37,748 nucleotides of DNA from a virus, in the IMG/VR virus record IMGVR_UViG_3300026198_000003. One strand, 5' to 3'. Under the pieces are notes generated by a model. That model saw nothing but the letters and a program-made list of their open reading frames with translations. It was not told the DNA's origin and searched no databases. The translations under genes were made by a program, and so were the position numbers. Below, piece by piece: positions 25,705-33,427 of this stretch. Positions within the stretch are counted from its first letter, which is position 1. Each line of letters begins with the position of its first letter.

Positions 25705-26438
25705 CCTCGATTATCTACGAACCCGCCGGACGCGCCAGAGAGTACTCGGAACTCGCCGCGAACCTCTATCGCGGCTGCGACCACGGGTGCGTCTACTGCT
25801 ACGCCCCGGCCGCGACCCGTCGATCTGTCGAGGCGTTCGCGAAAGCCGAACCGCGCGCCGGGATTCTCATCAAGCTCCTGAAGGACTGCGAGGAGATGCA
25901 GGAGAAGAACGACCGGCGGAACGTCCTGCTCTGTTTCACCTGCGACCCCTACCAGTCGATCGATGCGCGCTACGGGTGCACCCGGCAGGCGATCCAGATG
26001 TTCAACCGACACGACGTCCGCTACACGGTGTTGACCAAGGGCGGCGCGCGTTCGGAGCGCGACCTCGACCTCCTCGCGGCCCGCCCCGACCTGTCGACCT
26101 ACGCGGCGACGCTCGTGTTCACTGACGAGGAGCAGCGCCGACAGTACGAGACCGGCACGGCCGCCCCGACCCCCGAGCGGATCGCCATGTTGGAGAAGGC
26201 GCACGCGCTCGGTATTCGGACCTGGGTCTCCTGCGAGCCCGTGTTCGACCCGGCGCAGACGCTCGACCTGATCCGGCAGACCCACGAGTTCGTCGACCTG
26301 TTCAAGGTCGGAAAGCTGAACTATATGCCTGAGGCAAAGTCGGTCGACTGGGGCGCGTTCGCCCGCGACGCTGTCACCCTCCTCGAAGGCCTCGGGGCGG
26401 CCTATTACCTGAAAGACGACCTCACGAAATTTCTCTAA
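25701..26438 (+). CDS. Radical SAM protein (SplB / DNA-photolyase-like COG1533 type)
   Basis: NLYRGCDHGCVYCYA CX3CX2C cluster near the N-terminus, in the context typical of SplB-like enzymes. About 245 aa with no SPASM-type C-terminal Cys cluster. Confidence 0.7.
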   Translation: MTSIIYEPAGRAREYSELAANLYRGCDHGCVYCYAPAATRRSVEAFAKAEPRAGILIKLLKDCEEMQEKNDRRNVLLCFTCDPYQSIDARYGCTRQAIQMFNRHDVRYTVLTKGGARSERDLDLLAARPDLSTYAATLVFTDEEQRRQYETGTAAPTPERIAMLEKAHALGIRTWVSCEPVFDPAQTLDLIRQTHEFVDLFKVGKLNYMPEAKSVDWGAFARDAVTLLEGLGAAYYLKDDLTKFL

Positions 26439-26462
26439 TTTTTTACCACTTCGAGGACACAC

Positions 26463-27599
26463 ATGACAGACTGGCAAAACCGCATCGTCGAGACGGCCGA
26501 GATGGCCGTGAAAGACCTGAAGGCCAACCCGAAGAACTGGAGAAAGCACCCCCAGGCGCAACAGAACGCCCTCACCGGCGTGCTGGATACCGTCGGGTGG
26601 GTGCAGCAGGTGATCTGGAACCGGCAGACGGGGCACCTCGTCGACGGGCACCTCCGCGTCGAGCTCGCGGCCAAACGGAAAGAGAAGACGATCCCCGTCA
26701 ACGTCGTGGACCTCTCACCCGAGGAAGAGGCGATGATCCTGGCGACGTTCGACCCGATCGCCGCGATGGCGGAGGCGGACCGCCAGATGCTCGCCGGCCT
26801 GATTCAGTCCATCGAGACGGATGACGAGGCGATCCGGCAACTCCTGAAAGACATGGCCCCCCCGGTTGTCTTAGAGGAGCCCGAGCCCATACCGGCCGGC
26901 GAGCCGCCGGTGATCACGATCCCGATCGGGGAGGTGATCGAACTCGGCCGGCACCGCCTGATCTGCGGGGACTCGACCGACCCCGAGATCGTCGCGGCGG
27001 TACTTGGCGGCGCGCCGGCCGACCTGCTCTATTACGATCCTCCGTACGAAGACGCGGCCCTGTGGCGGATCGATGTACCCTCGGCGAAGGCCCTCGTATT
27101 CAGCGACGCCCGGCACATCCGCGATGCGATGTACCAGGCACTCAAGTTCGAGTATGTCTACGAGTTCGTGTGGGATACTGTGATCTCCTGGTACATCGAC
27201 AACCGCCCCCTCTGCCGGCACAGGTCGGCGTATCTCTGTCAGAACGTTCCCGACTACGACGCGGGCGCCGGGGTCCGCAACGACGGCAAACCGCGCAAGG
27301 CATCCCGCCGGACATCGAACCTTGGCGAGTACACCTACGAGCCGCTCGGCGACGGGCAGGTCAGGCTGACCACAGTGTACCAGAAGTCGAAGGCCGACCT
27401 CCCCGCCGAGCACGGGAAGCCCGTCGAATGGATCGGGCCGATCATTGCCGGGTGCGGCGCACGAAACGTTCTCGACCTGTTCGGCGGCTCCGGCTCGACG
27501 CTCGCGGCATGTGAGCAACTCAGGATCCCTTGTTTCATTGTGGAGAAAGACCCGGCAAAATGCCAGCGGATCGCGGATCTCGCGGGGTGGGCCGCGTGA
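26463..27599 (+). CDS. ParB-like nuclease domain fused to a DNA methyltransferase
   Basis: N-terminal ParB-N pattern (KANPKNWRKHP...VIWNRQTGHLVDGHLR). C-terminal half has YYDPPY and LDLFGGSGST. Confidence 0.8.
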   Translation: MTDWQNRIVETAEMAVKDLKANPKNWRKHPQAQQNALTGVLDTVGWVQQVIWNRQTGHLVDGHLRVELAAKRKEKTIPVNVVDLSPEEEAMILATFDPIAAMAEADRQMLAGLIQSIETDDEAIRQLLKDMAPPVVLEEPEPIPAGEPPVITIPIGEVIELGRHRLICGDSTDPEIVAAVLGGAPADLLYYDPPYEDAALWRIDVPSAKALVFSDARHIRDAMYQALKFEYVYEFVWDTVISWYIDNRPLCRHRSAYLCQNVPDYDAGAGVRNDGKPRKASRRTSNLGEYTYEPLGDGQVRLTTVYQKSKADLPAEHGKPVEWIGPIIAGCGARNVLDLFGGSGSTLAACEQLRIPCFIVEKDPAKCQRIADLAGWAA

Positions 27600-27841
27600 T
27601 CACCTGCCCGAAGTGCGGCTATGAGTGGGACACCCGCTCGAAGATGGCCCGGATCACCTGTCCCTGCTGCCACCGGAAGGTGCCGCGGCCCGCGCCAGTG
27701 ATCGAGGTGCTCGGCCGAAAGGTGCCGCTCAAATCGAAATGTGACGTCTGCGGCTACCCGTACGCCGAGCTGAACGTCTGCCGCGTTGACGACGAGGCGG
27801 CGTTCATCTGCAACCGCTGCACGAAGGACCTGCTCGAATGA
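27596..27841 (+). CDS. Zinc-ribbon protein
   Basis: GTGA overlap with the upstream gene. CPKCG...CPCC and CDVCG...CNRC pairs. Confidence 0.6.
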   Translation: MITCPKCGYEWDTRSKMARITCPCCHRKVPRPAPVIEVLGRKVPLKSKCDVCGYPYAELNVCRVDDEAAFICNRCTKDLLE

Positions 27842-27909
27842 AGGCGGTTCAGCGCGAGCTCTTCGAGTTCCATCGCGCCTGGATGGAGTCGGTTCTCCCG
27901 GCCGCCTAA
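27838..27909 (+). CDS. Possible micro-ORF (23 aa)
   Basis: ATGA overlap with the upstream gene. Too short to judge. Confidence 0.3.
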   Translation: MKAVQRELFEFHRAWMESVLPAA

Positions 27910-28039
27910 CCCCCTCTTTTTCTTTCGCGGACGCTTCCGCTTAGTTTATATTCTGTACCACCAAAAGGTAAATTAGAAATTGTTAAATAGTAATACGGCG
28001 TATTAATTATTGGTAAAAAACGGAGGTAAAACGAAACCC
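27910..28039 (+). promoter_or_regulatory. AT-rich control region with a T-rich terminator-like tract, a TATA-like TTTATATT (27945-27952), a 15-bp palindrome TAATACGGCGTATTA (27991-28005) and SD GGAGGT (28022-28027)
   Basis: Read directly from the sequence. The palindrome lies just upstream of an RHH gene and is a candidate operator. Confidence 0.5.
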
Positions 28040-28189
28040 ATGAAACGGTTTAATTTCGCACTGCCGGACGACCTCTATGACGCGGTCCTGGTGGCGGTTG
28101 AATCAGACGACGAAAAGAATGTTTCGCGGTTCCTGCGGGCCGCGGTCCGGGCCGAACTAGCCCGGCGGAAGAAGGGGAAGAAAGCATGA
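28040..28189 (+). CDS. Ribbon-helix-helix (CopG/Arc-like) DNA-binding protein
   Basis: MKRFNFALPDDLYDAVLVAV....SRFLRAAVRAEL fits the beta-strand/helix/helix pattern. Strong SD. 49 aa, so below the ORF-track cutoff. Confidence 0.65.
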   Translation: MKRFNFALPDDLYDAVLVAVESDDEKNVSRFLRAAVRAELARRKKGKKA

Positions 28190-28356
28190 GCGAAAAAGCG
28201 AGGAATGGCGGCGCCCCCCTGCAGACCATCACGCCGGGAGGGAACGCCGAGTACAGAATAGTCGACCTCTATCATGGAACTATCGGTCCCGAGCTGCTCT
28301 GCCGGACCATCGCCAACGCGCCCTCGAACGAGCGCCGGCTCAGGGGGATGGTATGA
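28186..28356 (+). CDS. Hypothetical small protein (56 aa)
   Basis: ATGA coupling at both ends. Coding GC3. Confidence 0.45.
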   Translation: MSEKARNGGAPLQTITPGGNAEYRIVDLYHGTIGPELLCRTIANAPSNERRLRGMV

Positions 28357-28526
28357 GCGACTGCAAGACCTGTCTGTTCCACCAGACGATCGCGCCGAGC
28401 CCGCACTGCGAGTCTGGCGAGTGGTGCCGGATGACCTGCCGACCGGCCGATGGTGCCGGGTGTGGATGGCACCGAACGGAAGCATGGCGGAACGAGACGC
28501 TGGCCGCGCTCAGGGAGATGCCATGA
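28353..28526 (+). CDS. Hypothetical small Cys-rich protein (57 aa)
   Basis: ATGA coupling at both ends. CKTC...HC...C..C...GC pattern. Confidence 0.45.
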   Translation: MSDCKTCLFHQTIAPSPHCESGEWCRMTCRPADGAGCGWHRTEAWRNETLAALREMP

Positions 28527-28678
28527 GCCTCTGGCGACGGGCGATGGGGATCGACTGGATGTCGAAGCAGCGGCTCTGCCAGGCTGTTCCCCCCGACTAC
28601 TCCGAATACATCGCGCGGGCCTTCCTGCGCTGCACCACCGCCCCGGCGACGGGTAACGCCGGACCCCTCCACGCATGA
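28523..28678 (+). CDS. Hypothetical small protein (51 aa)
   Basis: ATGA coupling at both ends. In frame with the end of ORF 28274..28678. Confidence 0.45.
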   Translation: MSLWRRAMGIDWMSKQRLCQAVPPDYSEYIARAFLRCTTAPATGNAGPLHA

Positions 28679-29604
28679 ACGAAATTGCAGAGTATCAGGG
28701 CGGCGCCGTTGCCGCCCCCGAATGGGAACGGAAGCTGGCCCTTGTGAAGAGCATGGTCGCAAAGGGATGCACGGACGACGAGTTCGCGCTCCTCTGTCAC
28801 CTCGCGAAGACCTACCAGCTCGACCCGCTCGCTAAGGAGATCTGGTCGATCAAGTACGGCAACAACCCCGCGACCATCTTCGTCGGGCACGCCGGGCTCA
28901 TCAACCTCGCGCTCCGGTCGGGGAAGCTCGACGGGCTCCAGTGCGAGATCATCGACCAGAACGGCGATGACCCGGTGGCCCGCGCGACGGTCTGGCGCAA
29001 CGACATGACCCACCCGATCGTGGCGGAGGTCTACTGGTCCGAGTACGGGAAGGACGCGCGGAACCCGCTCTGGAAATCGAAGCCCCGGACCATGCTCCGC
29101 AAGACGGCCGAGGTCCACGCTCTCCGCCGGGCGTTCGCGCTCTCGGGACTCTACACCGAAGAGGAGATGGACCACGTCCCGCGCGAGATCCCCGACACGT
29201 CCCGGCCGGTATCGGCAATCGTCGAACCCAAGCCGGCACCAGGCCCGGACGCCGGCCCCGTCCTCCGGTGCGATGTCTGCGGTCGGGGCAACGACGAATA
29301 CCCCGCGCTGCCGATCCGCGATCGCGACGGTACGATGATCTGCGGCCCGTGCCAGCGGAAGGCGGAGAAGGAAATGCACGTCCCCTCTTCCGCCGACCAG
29401 GCACCGGCGCCCGCCAAAGCCGTGCCGAAGCCGCCGGCGAAGGTACCGGCCCCCGTCGCGTCCGGCGCCGTCTGCGAGGAGTGCGGCGCGCCCGTGACCG
29501 GGCCGGAGGAGAAGACGAGTCGGCTGATGCTCTCGCGGATCCTCTGCAAGAAGTGTTTCCAGAGCTACACCGGCCCGCAGCCCGGCGAGGTGGGGCCGGC
29601 ATGA
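28675..29604 (+). CDS. RecT/Bet-type single-strand annealing protein with C-terminal zinc ribbons
   Basis: LCHLAKTYQLDPLAKEIWSIKY...IFVGHAGLINLALRSG...MLRKTAEVHALRRAF resembles the RecT family. The C-terminus has CDVCG..CGPC and CEECG..CKKC. Confidence 0.65.
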   Translation: MNEIAEYQGGAVAAPEWERKLALVKSMVAKGCTDDEFALLCHLAKTYQLDPLAKEIWSIKYGNNPATIFVGHAGLINLALRSGKLDGLQCEIIDQNGDDPVARATVWRNDMTHPIVAEVYWSEYGKDARNPLWKSKPRTMLRKTAEVHALRRAFALSGLYTEEEMDHVPREIPDTSRPVSAIVEPKPAPGPDAGPVLRCDVCGRGNDEYPALPIRDRDGTMICGPCQRKAEKEMHVPSSADQAPAPAKAVPKPPAKVPAPVASGAVCEECGAPVTGPEEKTSRLMLSRILCKKCFQSYTGPQPGEVGPA

Positions 29605-29900
29605 GCGTCATCGAACTCAAATTTTCGCCCGAGATGGCATATGCCGCGATCGCCGGGCGGAAGTGCTGCACGACACGAGACGAGATCAAAGGCCGGGCGG
29701 GCGACGAGTTCGAGATCGGCGGTATGCCGTTCCGCGTGCTCGGCGTTCTGGCCATGCGGGCGGGCGACATCGCCCGAGAGTTGCACGGCCCGGAGGGGTT
29801 CGATGATGTCGCGTCGTGCTCGGCGGCGCTCCAGACGATCTACCCCGAAGTTGCCGAAGGGGATTTTCTCTTCGTTCACTTCTTCGCGAGGTGCCCATGA
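29601..29900 (+). CDS. ASCH-domain-like protein
   Basis: ELKFSPEMAYAAIAGRKCCTTR...GDEFEIGGMPFRVLGV fits the ASCH beta-barrel pattern. ATGA coupling. Confidence 0.5.
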   Translation: MSVIELKFSPEMAYAAIAGRKCCTTRDEIKGRAGDEFEIGGMPFRVLGVLAMRAGDIARELHGPEGFDDVASCSAALQTIYPEVAEGDFLFVHFFARCP

Positions 29901-30031
29901 GCGACGACTGCCCCCACCGCTGCCCGACGCCGAACGGGATCGGAACCATTTGCCGCAAGACGCTCGACCTGCTGCCGGCGGGACCATGCCCGAAGAACTG
30001 CGAACACCGCGTGCCGGCGAGGCGGACATGA
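29897..30031 (+). CDS. Hypothetical small Cys-rich protein (44 aa)
   Basis: ATGA coupling at both ends. Confidence 0.4.
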   Translation: MSDDCPHRCPTPNGIGTICRKTLDLLPAGPCPKNCEHRVPARRT

Positions 30032-30177
30032 GTCTCTGTGCACTCTGCATCCACGGCCTATACTCGTGGGGCAACTGGTACTGCACCAGTGACGGGGGGC
30101 TGGACCCGATGACACACGAATATGTCCACGGGCTCGAATCGTGCAAGGATCGCAAACTACCCGAGGTTCGCGCATGA
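30028..30177 (+). CDS. Hypothetical small Cys-rich protein (49 aa)
   Basis: ATGA coupling at both ends. CALC...C...C pattern. Confidence 0.4.
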   Translation: MSLCALCIHGLYSWGNWYCTSDGGLDPMTHEYVHGLESCKDRKLPEVRA

Positions 30178-30269
30178 GCCCGGGGGAAATCGGCGTGGCC
30201 GCGATGATGGCCGTGATCGTCTTCGGCGTGCTCGGGCTGCTGCTCGTCGGGTGGAGGATGCGCGGATGA
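30174..30269 (+). CDS. Tiny single-TM peptide (31 aa)
   Basis: ATGA coupling. Hydrophobic core IGVAAMMAVIVFGVLGLLLVGW. Confidence 0.4.
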   Translation: MSPGEIGVAAMMAVIVFGVLGLLLVGWRMRG

Positions 30270-30388
30270 TCGCCGCCCTCTTTTCGACTGTCGCCGGCGC
30301 GTCGTTCGTCCTGGTCGGGCTCGCCGCCGTGCACCTGCGGCTGTTCCCGCCGAAGCTCGGACACCTCGCGCGGATGGGATGGGCATGA
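30266..30388 (+). CDS. Tiny single-TM peptide (40 aa)
   Basis: ATGA coupling. Hydrophobic core IAALFSTVAGASFVLVGLAAV. Confidence 0.4.
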   Translation: MIAALFSTVAGASFVLVGLAAVHLRLFPPKLGHLARMGWA

Positions 30389-30534
30389 CGGACACAACCC
30401 CGTGCGGCATCGTCTGCAACGGGCCGACGCCGGCGGACATCTGCGCGGCGTGTGTCATGGACTGTCCGGCGCGCGGACATGAGCGCACCTGCCGCGGCGG
30501 CTGCTCGCCCTGCACCTGCGGGGGGCACGAATGA
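30385..30534 (+). CDS. Hypothetical small Cys-rich protein (49 aa)
   Basis: ATGA coupling. Ten Cys residues, including CAAC and CSPCTC. Confidence 0.4.
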   Translation: MTDTTPCGIVCNGPTPADICAACVMDCPARGHERTCRGGCSPCTCGGHE

Positions 30535-30842
30535 ACCCGACCGTCTCCCGCGACGGCCCCGGGCTGCTCATCGACGGGCTCTTCAACAGCCCGCTCGGCA
30601 TCGGCCCCGGCGCGGCGCGGGTGCTCCTGCGCGGCCGGCAGTTCGCGCACCTGCTGACGCCCGACGCGGACGGCAACGGGGTCCCCGGCGGGCTCGCGTA
30701 CGCGATGGCGGACGATCAGGTCCGGTTCCGGCCGGGGCTGACCCTCGAGCACGGCGTCTACGAGGCGCCGCTCACGGCCCTCTGGCGGCTCTTCGCGGGG
30801 CTCGACGTGTTTCCGGTCGAGTTGGTCGAGGTGACGGCGTGA
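30531..30842 (+). CDS. Hypothetical protein
   Basis: A 103-aa ORF, coupled at both ends, with coding GC3. Confidence 0.55.
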   Translation: MNPTVSRDGPGLLIDGLFNSPLGIGPGAARVLLRGRQFAHLLTPDADGNGVPGGLAYAMADDQVRFRPGLTLEHGVYEAPLTALWRLFAGLDVFPVELVEVTA

Positions 30843-31198
30843 CGGTCATCTCAACGGGGTGGGCCGACGTGGAGGCGTCGATCCTGGCCGACTCGGCGGC
30901 CGGGTTCACGGTCCGGCAGATCGCGGCCCGGTGCGGTTGGGGCCGGCAGGTGGTCGCCGGCGTCCTCGCTCGCCACGAGATGCCCGTCTACTCGGTGGGC
31001 GGGGCGTTCGTCCGGGGCCGGCACACGAAAGCCCCGCAGTCGCGCTTCGTGCGGTGGACGGATGAGGAGAAGGCAGTCGTGCGCACGGCGACCTCGCGCG
31101 CCGATGCACAGCGCCTCTATCGCGATGCGTTCCCGGACTCGAAGCGCGGGCCCGGTGCCGCCGCGAGAATGTGGTACACGCTCCGAGGGACGACATGA
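30839..31198 (+). CDS. HTH protein, paralog A
   Basis: GTGA overlap with the upstream gene. ISTGWADVEASILAD..FTVRQIAARCGWGRQVVAGVLARH. Clearly similar to 31195..31560. Confidence 0.55.
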   Translation: MTVISTGWADVEASILADSAAGFTVRQIAARCGWGRQVVAGVLARHEMPVYSVGGAFVRGRHTKAPQSRFVRWTDEEKAVVRTATSRADAQRLYRDAFPDSKRGPGAAARMWYTLRGTT

Positions 31199-31560
31199 TA
31201 GACACGAGCTGGTCCGAGGTGAAGACCGCCATGATCGCCGACTGGCACGCCGGGTTCAAGCTCGGCGAGATCGCGGCGCGGGTGGGGTGGAGTCCCACCG
31301 TCGTCTCTCGTGTGCTGCGGGAGCACGGCATCAACCCGCGCGTACGGCCGAGAGCGCATGGAAAAGCGCCCACGTGGTCCGACGCCGAGCTCGTGGCGGT
31401 GGTGTTCGCACGGGACCAGGGCGACGCCCGGCAACGGTACCGGGCGCGGTTCCCCGAGTCGGGGCGAACCGACGACGCGGTCCACCGGATGTTTCACGAG
31501 GCGAAACGGCAGGGCTCGGCGTTCCACGGCTGGCGGCGGTTGCGGGAGGGCGCGGCGTGA
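31195..31560 (+). CDS. HTH protein, paralog B
   Basis: ATGA overlap with the upstream gene. IDTSWSEVKTAMIAD..FKLGEIAARVGWSPTVVSRVLREH. Same architecture as paralog A. Confidence 0.6.
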   Translation: MIDTSWSEVKTAMIADWHAGFKLGEIAARVGWSPTVVSRVLREHGINPRVRPRAHGKAPTWSDAELVAVVFARDQGDARQRYRARFPESGRTDDAVHRMFHEAKRQGSAFHGWRRLREGAA

Positions 31561-31698
31561 CCTGCCCCTTTTACGTCGCCAGTCGGCACCCGTGTGCCCT
31601 CGGCGAACCGGACGGCGACGGCGATCCGGAAGATGTACAACAAGGCGAAGAGGGAGGGCGCGACGTTCCACGGGCTCGCGCAGGAGGGGCTGGTATGA
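31557..31698 (+). pseudogene. Chimeric remnant: a truncated copy of the TCPFY gene N-terminus joined out of frame to the C-terminal end of a third HTH paralog
   Basis: 31561-31620 reads TCPFYVASRHPCALGEPDG in one frame. 31626-31698 reads RKMYNKAKREGATFHGLAQEGLV* in another frame, parallel to RMFHEAKRQGSAFHGWRRL...* of paralog B. The best-GC3 frame switches mid-segment. Confidence 0.4.
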
Positions 31699-31961
31699 CC
31701 TGTCCTTTTTACCGCTGCGACGGTCGGCCCGAGTGCATCCTCGGCGACGACCGCGCGGAACGGCACTGCGGCCCGCGGACGTACCCGGCGCACTCGTGCG
31801 CCCTGGACGCGATCGGCCCGTGGGGCGCGTGGCGGTCGTTTGTGGGACAGATCAGGAATTTCGACAACGGGTACGCGTATGTCGCCGGGCCCGCGTGGTG
31901 GAGCGATGAGGTGTGGTTCATGCCGGGGAAGACGATCTGTGCCTCTGGGTGGTCGCCATGA
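31695..31961 (+). CDS. Cys/Trp-rich hypothetical protein (TCPFY motif)
   Basis: ATG 31695 with aggagggg upstream. An in-frame GTG 31557 is possible, but the intervening codons have poor GC3. Confidence 0.55.
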   Translation: MTCPFYRCDGRPECILGDDRAERHCGPRTYPAHSCALDAIGPWGAWRSFVGQIRNFDNGYAYVAGPAWWSDEVWFMPGKTICASGWSP

Positions 31962-32098
31962 TGTGTCCGCCTCCGAGATCCTGTGGTCGCTGTGATCACT
32001 GGATCGGGAGCGAGTCGGGATTGGGTTGGTGCCCGAAAACAGACACGTCGCGGTATGATTTCGAGTCGTGCACGCAGTTTTCAGGAGGGTCGCCGTGA
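31958..32098 (+). CDS. Hypothetical small Cys-rich protein (46 aa)
   Basis: ATGA overlap with the upstream gene. CPPPRSCGRCDHW...C...C pattern. Confidence 0.45.
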   Translation: MMCPPPRSCGRCDHWIGSESGLGWCPKTDTSRYDFESCTQFSGGSP

Positions 32099-32113
32099 GC
32101 ACGGCCGCGCGGC
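32091..32113 (+). repeat. 23-bp direct repeat, copy 1 (CGCCGTGAGCACGGCCGCGCGGC)
   Basis: Perfect match to 33013-33035. It contains the stop of the upstream gene and a GTG. Confidence 0.9.
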
Positions 32114-32135
32114 AGTGGCGGACGAAGGGGGAGAT

Positions 32136-33020
32136 ATGAACGTCCGTCTCGTCGACATCGACAGCCGGATCCCGAACCTCGCCCTGATGCAGGTCAGCGC
32201 CTACCACAAGGCGCAGGGCGACGAGGTCGGCTTCGATGTGAATGACCCCGATCGGGTCTACATCTCCTGTATCTTCTCGAAGAACGCGGCAAACGCGCGC
32301 GGGGTGGCGACGATGTTCCCCGGCGCCGACGTAACCCTCGGGGGCTCGGGGCTCGGCTATTCGTGGCTCCCCGAAGCGATGCAGAAGGTCCGGCCGGATT
32401 ACGACCTCTACCCGTCCGAATATTCGCTCGGGTTCACCTCGCGGGGCTGCATCCGGCGCTGCCCGTTCTGCATAGTGCCGGCAAAGGAGGGGCGGCTGCG
32501 GCGGTGGCAGCACCCGCGCGAGTTCCACGATCCCCGGTTCGCCACCATCGCGTTCCTCGACAACAACATACTGGGGTTGAGGTCGTGGTTTTTCAAGGTC
32601 ACCGATTGGTGCCTCGACCGCCGCCTGAAAGTCGATTTCATGCAGGGACTCGACGTGCGGCTCCTGGACGAGGAGATCGCCGAACGGCTCAAGTCCCTGC
32701 GATGGGCCGCGAACATCCGGTTCGCCTTCGACTCCATTAGCGACGAGCCGGCTGTCATGCGTGGGATCTCCCTGCTCAAGCGGGCCGGGATCAATCTGAA
32801 AAATGACGTTTCGTTCTTCGTTCTGGCTGGATTCGGCGGCTCGACCTTCGAGGATGCGTTATATCGGTGCCGCCGGCTCAAGGGGGCCGGCACGAATGCC
32901 TATGTAATGCGGTTCTCACGGTCACCCAGGCTGAACGCCCTGGCGCGGTGGGCGAATGTCCGCCGGCTCTACTGGACGATGGACTTTGCCGACTACACCC
33001 GCAAGGCGGTGGCGCCGTGA
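32136..33020 (+). CDS. Radical SAM protein (N-terminal B12-binding-like region plus CX3CX2C core)
   Basis: GFTSRGCIRRCPFCIVP cluster. The ATG is preceded by gggggag. 294 aa. Confidence 0.7.
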   Translation: MNVRLVDIDSRIPNLALMQVSAYHKAQGDEVGFDVNDPDRVYISCIFSKNAANARGVATMFPGADVTLGGSGLGYSWLPEAMQKVRPDYDLYPSEYSLGFTSRGCIRRCPFCIVPAKEGRLRRWQHPREFHDPRFATIAFLDNNILGLRSWFFKVTDWCLDRRLKVDFMQGLDVRLLDEEIAERLKSLRWAANIRFAFDSISDEPAVMRGISLLKRAGINLKNDVSFFVLAGFGGSTFEDALYRCRRLKGAGTNAYVMRFSRSPRLNALARWANVRRLYWTMDFADYTRKAVAP

Positions 33021-33035
33021 GCACGGCCGCGCGGC
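33013..33035 (+). repeat. 23-bp direct repeat, copy 2
   Basis: Perfect match to 32091-32113. It spans the stop of the radical SAM gene and GTG 33017. Confidence 0.9.
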
Positions 33036-33427
33036 GCGGGATCCCCCCGATGCCGATCACGCAACCGAAGCAGAAGTACGCGGCGCGGCGGTGCGAGGTC
33101 GACGGGATCGCGTTCGCCTCGAAGATGGAGGCCGAGTACTACCGGCACCTATGCGTCCTGCGCGACCTGGGCGAGGTCCGGTCGTTCGTCCTGCAGCCAC
33201 GGTTCGTCCTGCAGGCCGCGTTCACGAAGCATGGGCGGGCGTTTCGGTCGGTCACCTACGTCGCGGACTTCGGGGTCGTCTACAAGGACGGTTCCAAAAA
33301 GGTGATCGACGTGAAGGGGATGCCGACGCCGGTGTTCAAGTTAAAGCAAAAGTGGTATGCCCGGCTCTACGACGAGCCGCTCGTCTGCGTGACGAAGACG
33401 CGGAACGGCTGGAGGGAGTGGACGTGA
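33017..33427 (+). CDS. DUF1064-like protein (PD-(D/E)XK-type nuclease family common in phages)
   Basis: KYAARRCEVDGIAFASKMEAEYYRHL...LQPRFVL......RSVTYVADFGVVYKDGSKKVIDVKG matches the DUF1064 pattern. The start is GTG 33017 or ATG 33050. Confidence 0.65.
   Translation: MSTAARRGIPPMPITQPKQKYAARRCEVDGIAFASKMEAEYYRHLCVLRDLGEVRSFVLQPRFVLQAAFTKHGRAFRSVTYVADFGVVYKDGSKKVIDVKGMPTPVFKLKQKWYARLYDEPLVCVTKTRNGWREWT

Noticed and set aside
25300-26438. RiPP-like pair (Cys-rich 50-aa peptide plus radical SAM maturase)
   Set aside because: The radical SAM protein looks SplB/COG1533-like and lacks a SPASM or twitch C-terminal Cys cluster. Small Cys-rich ORFs are abundant throughout this genome. The adjacency is weak evidence.
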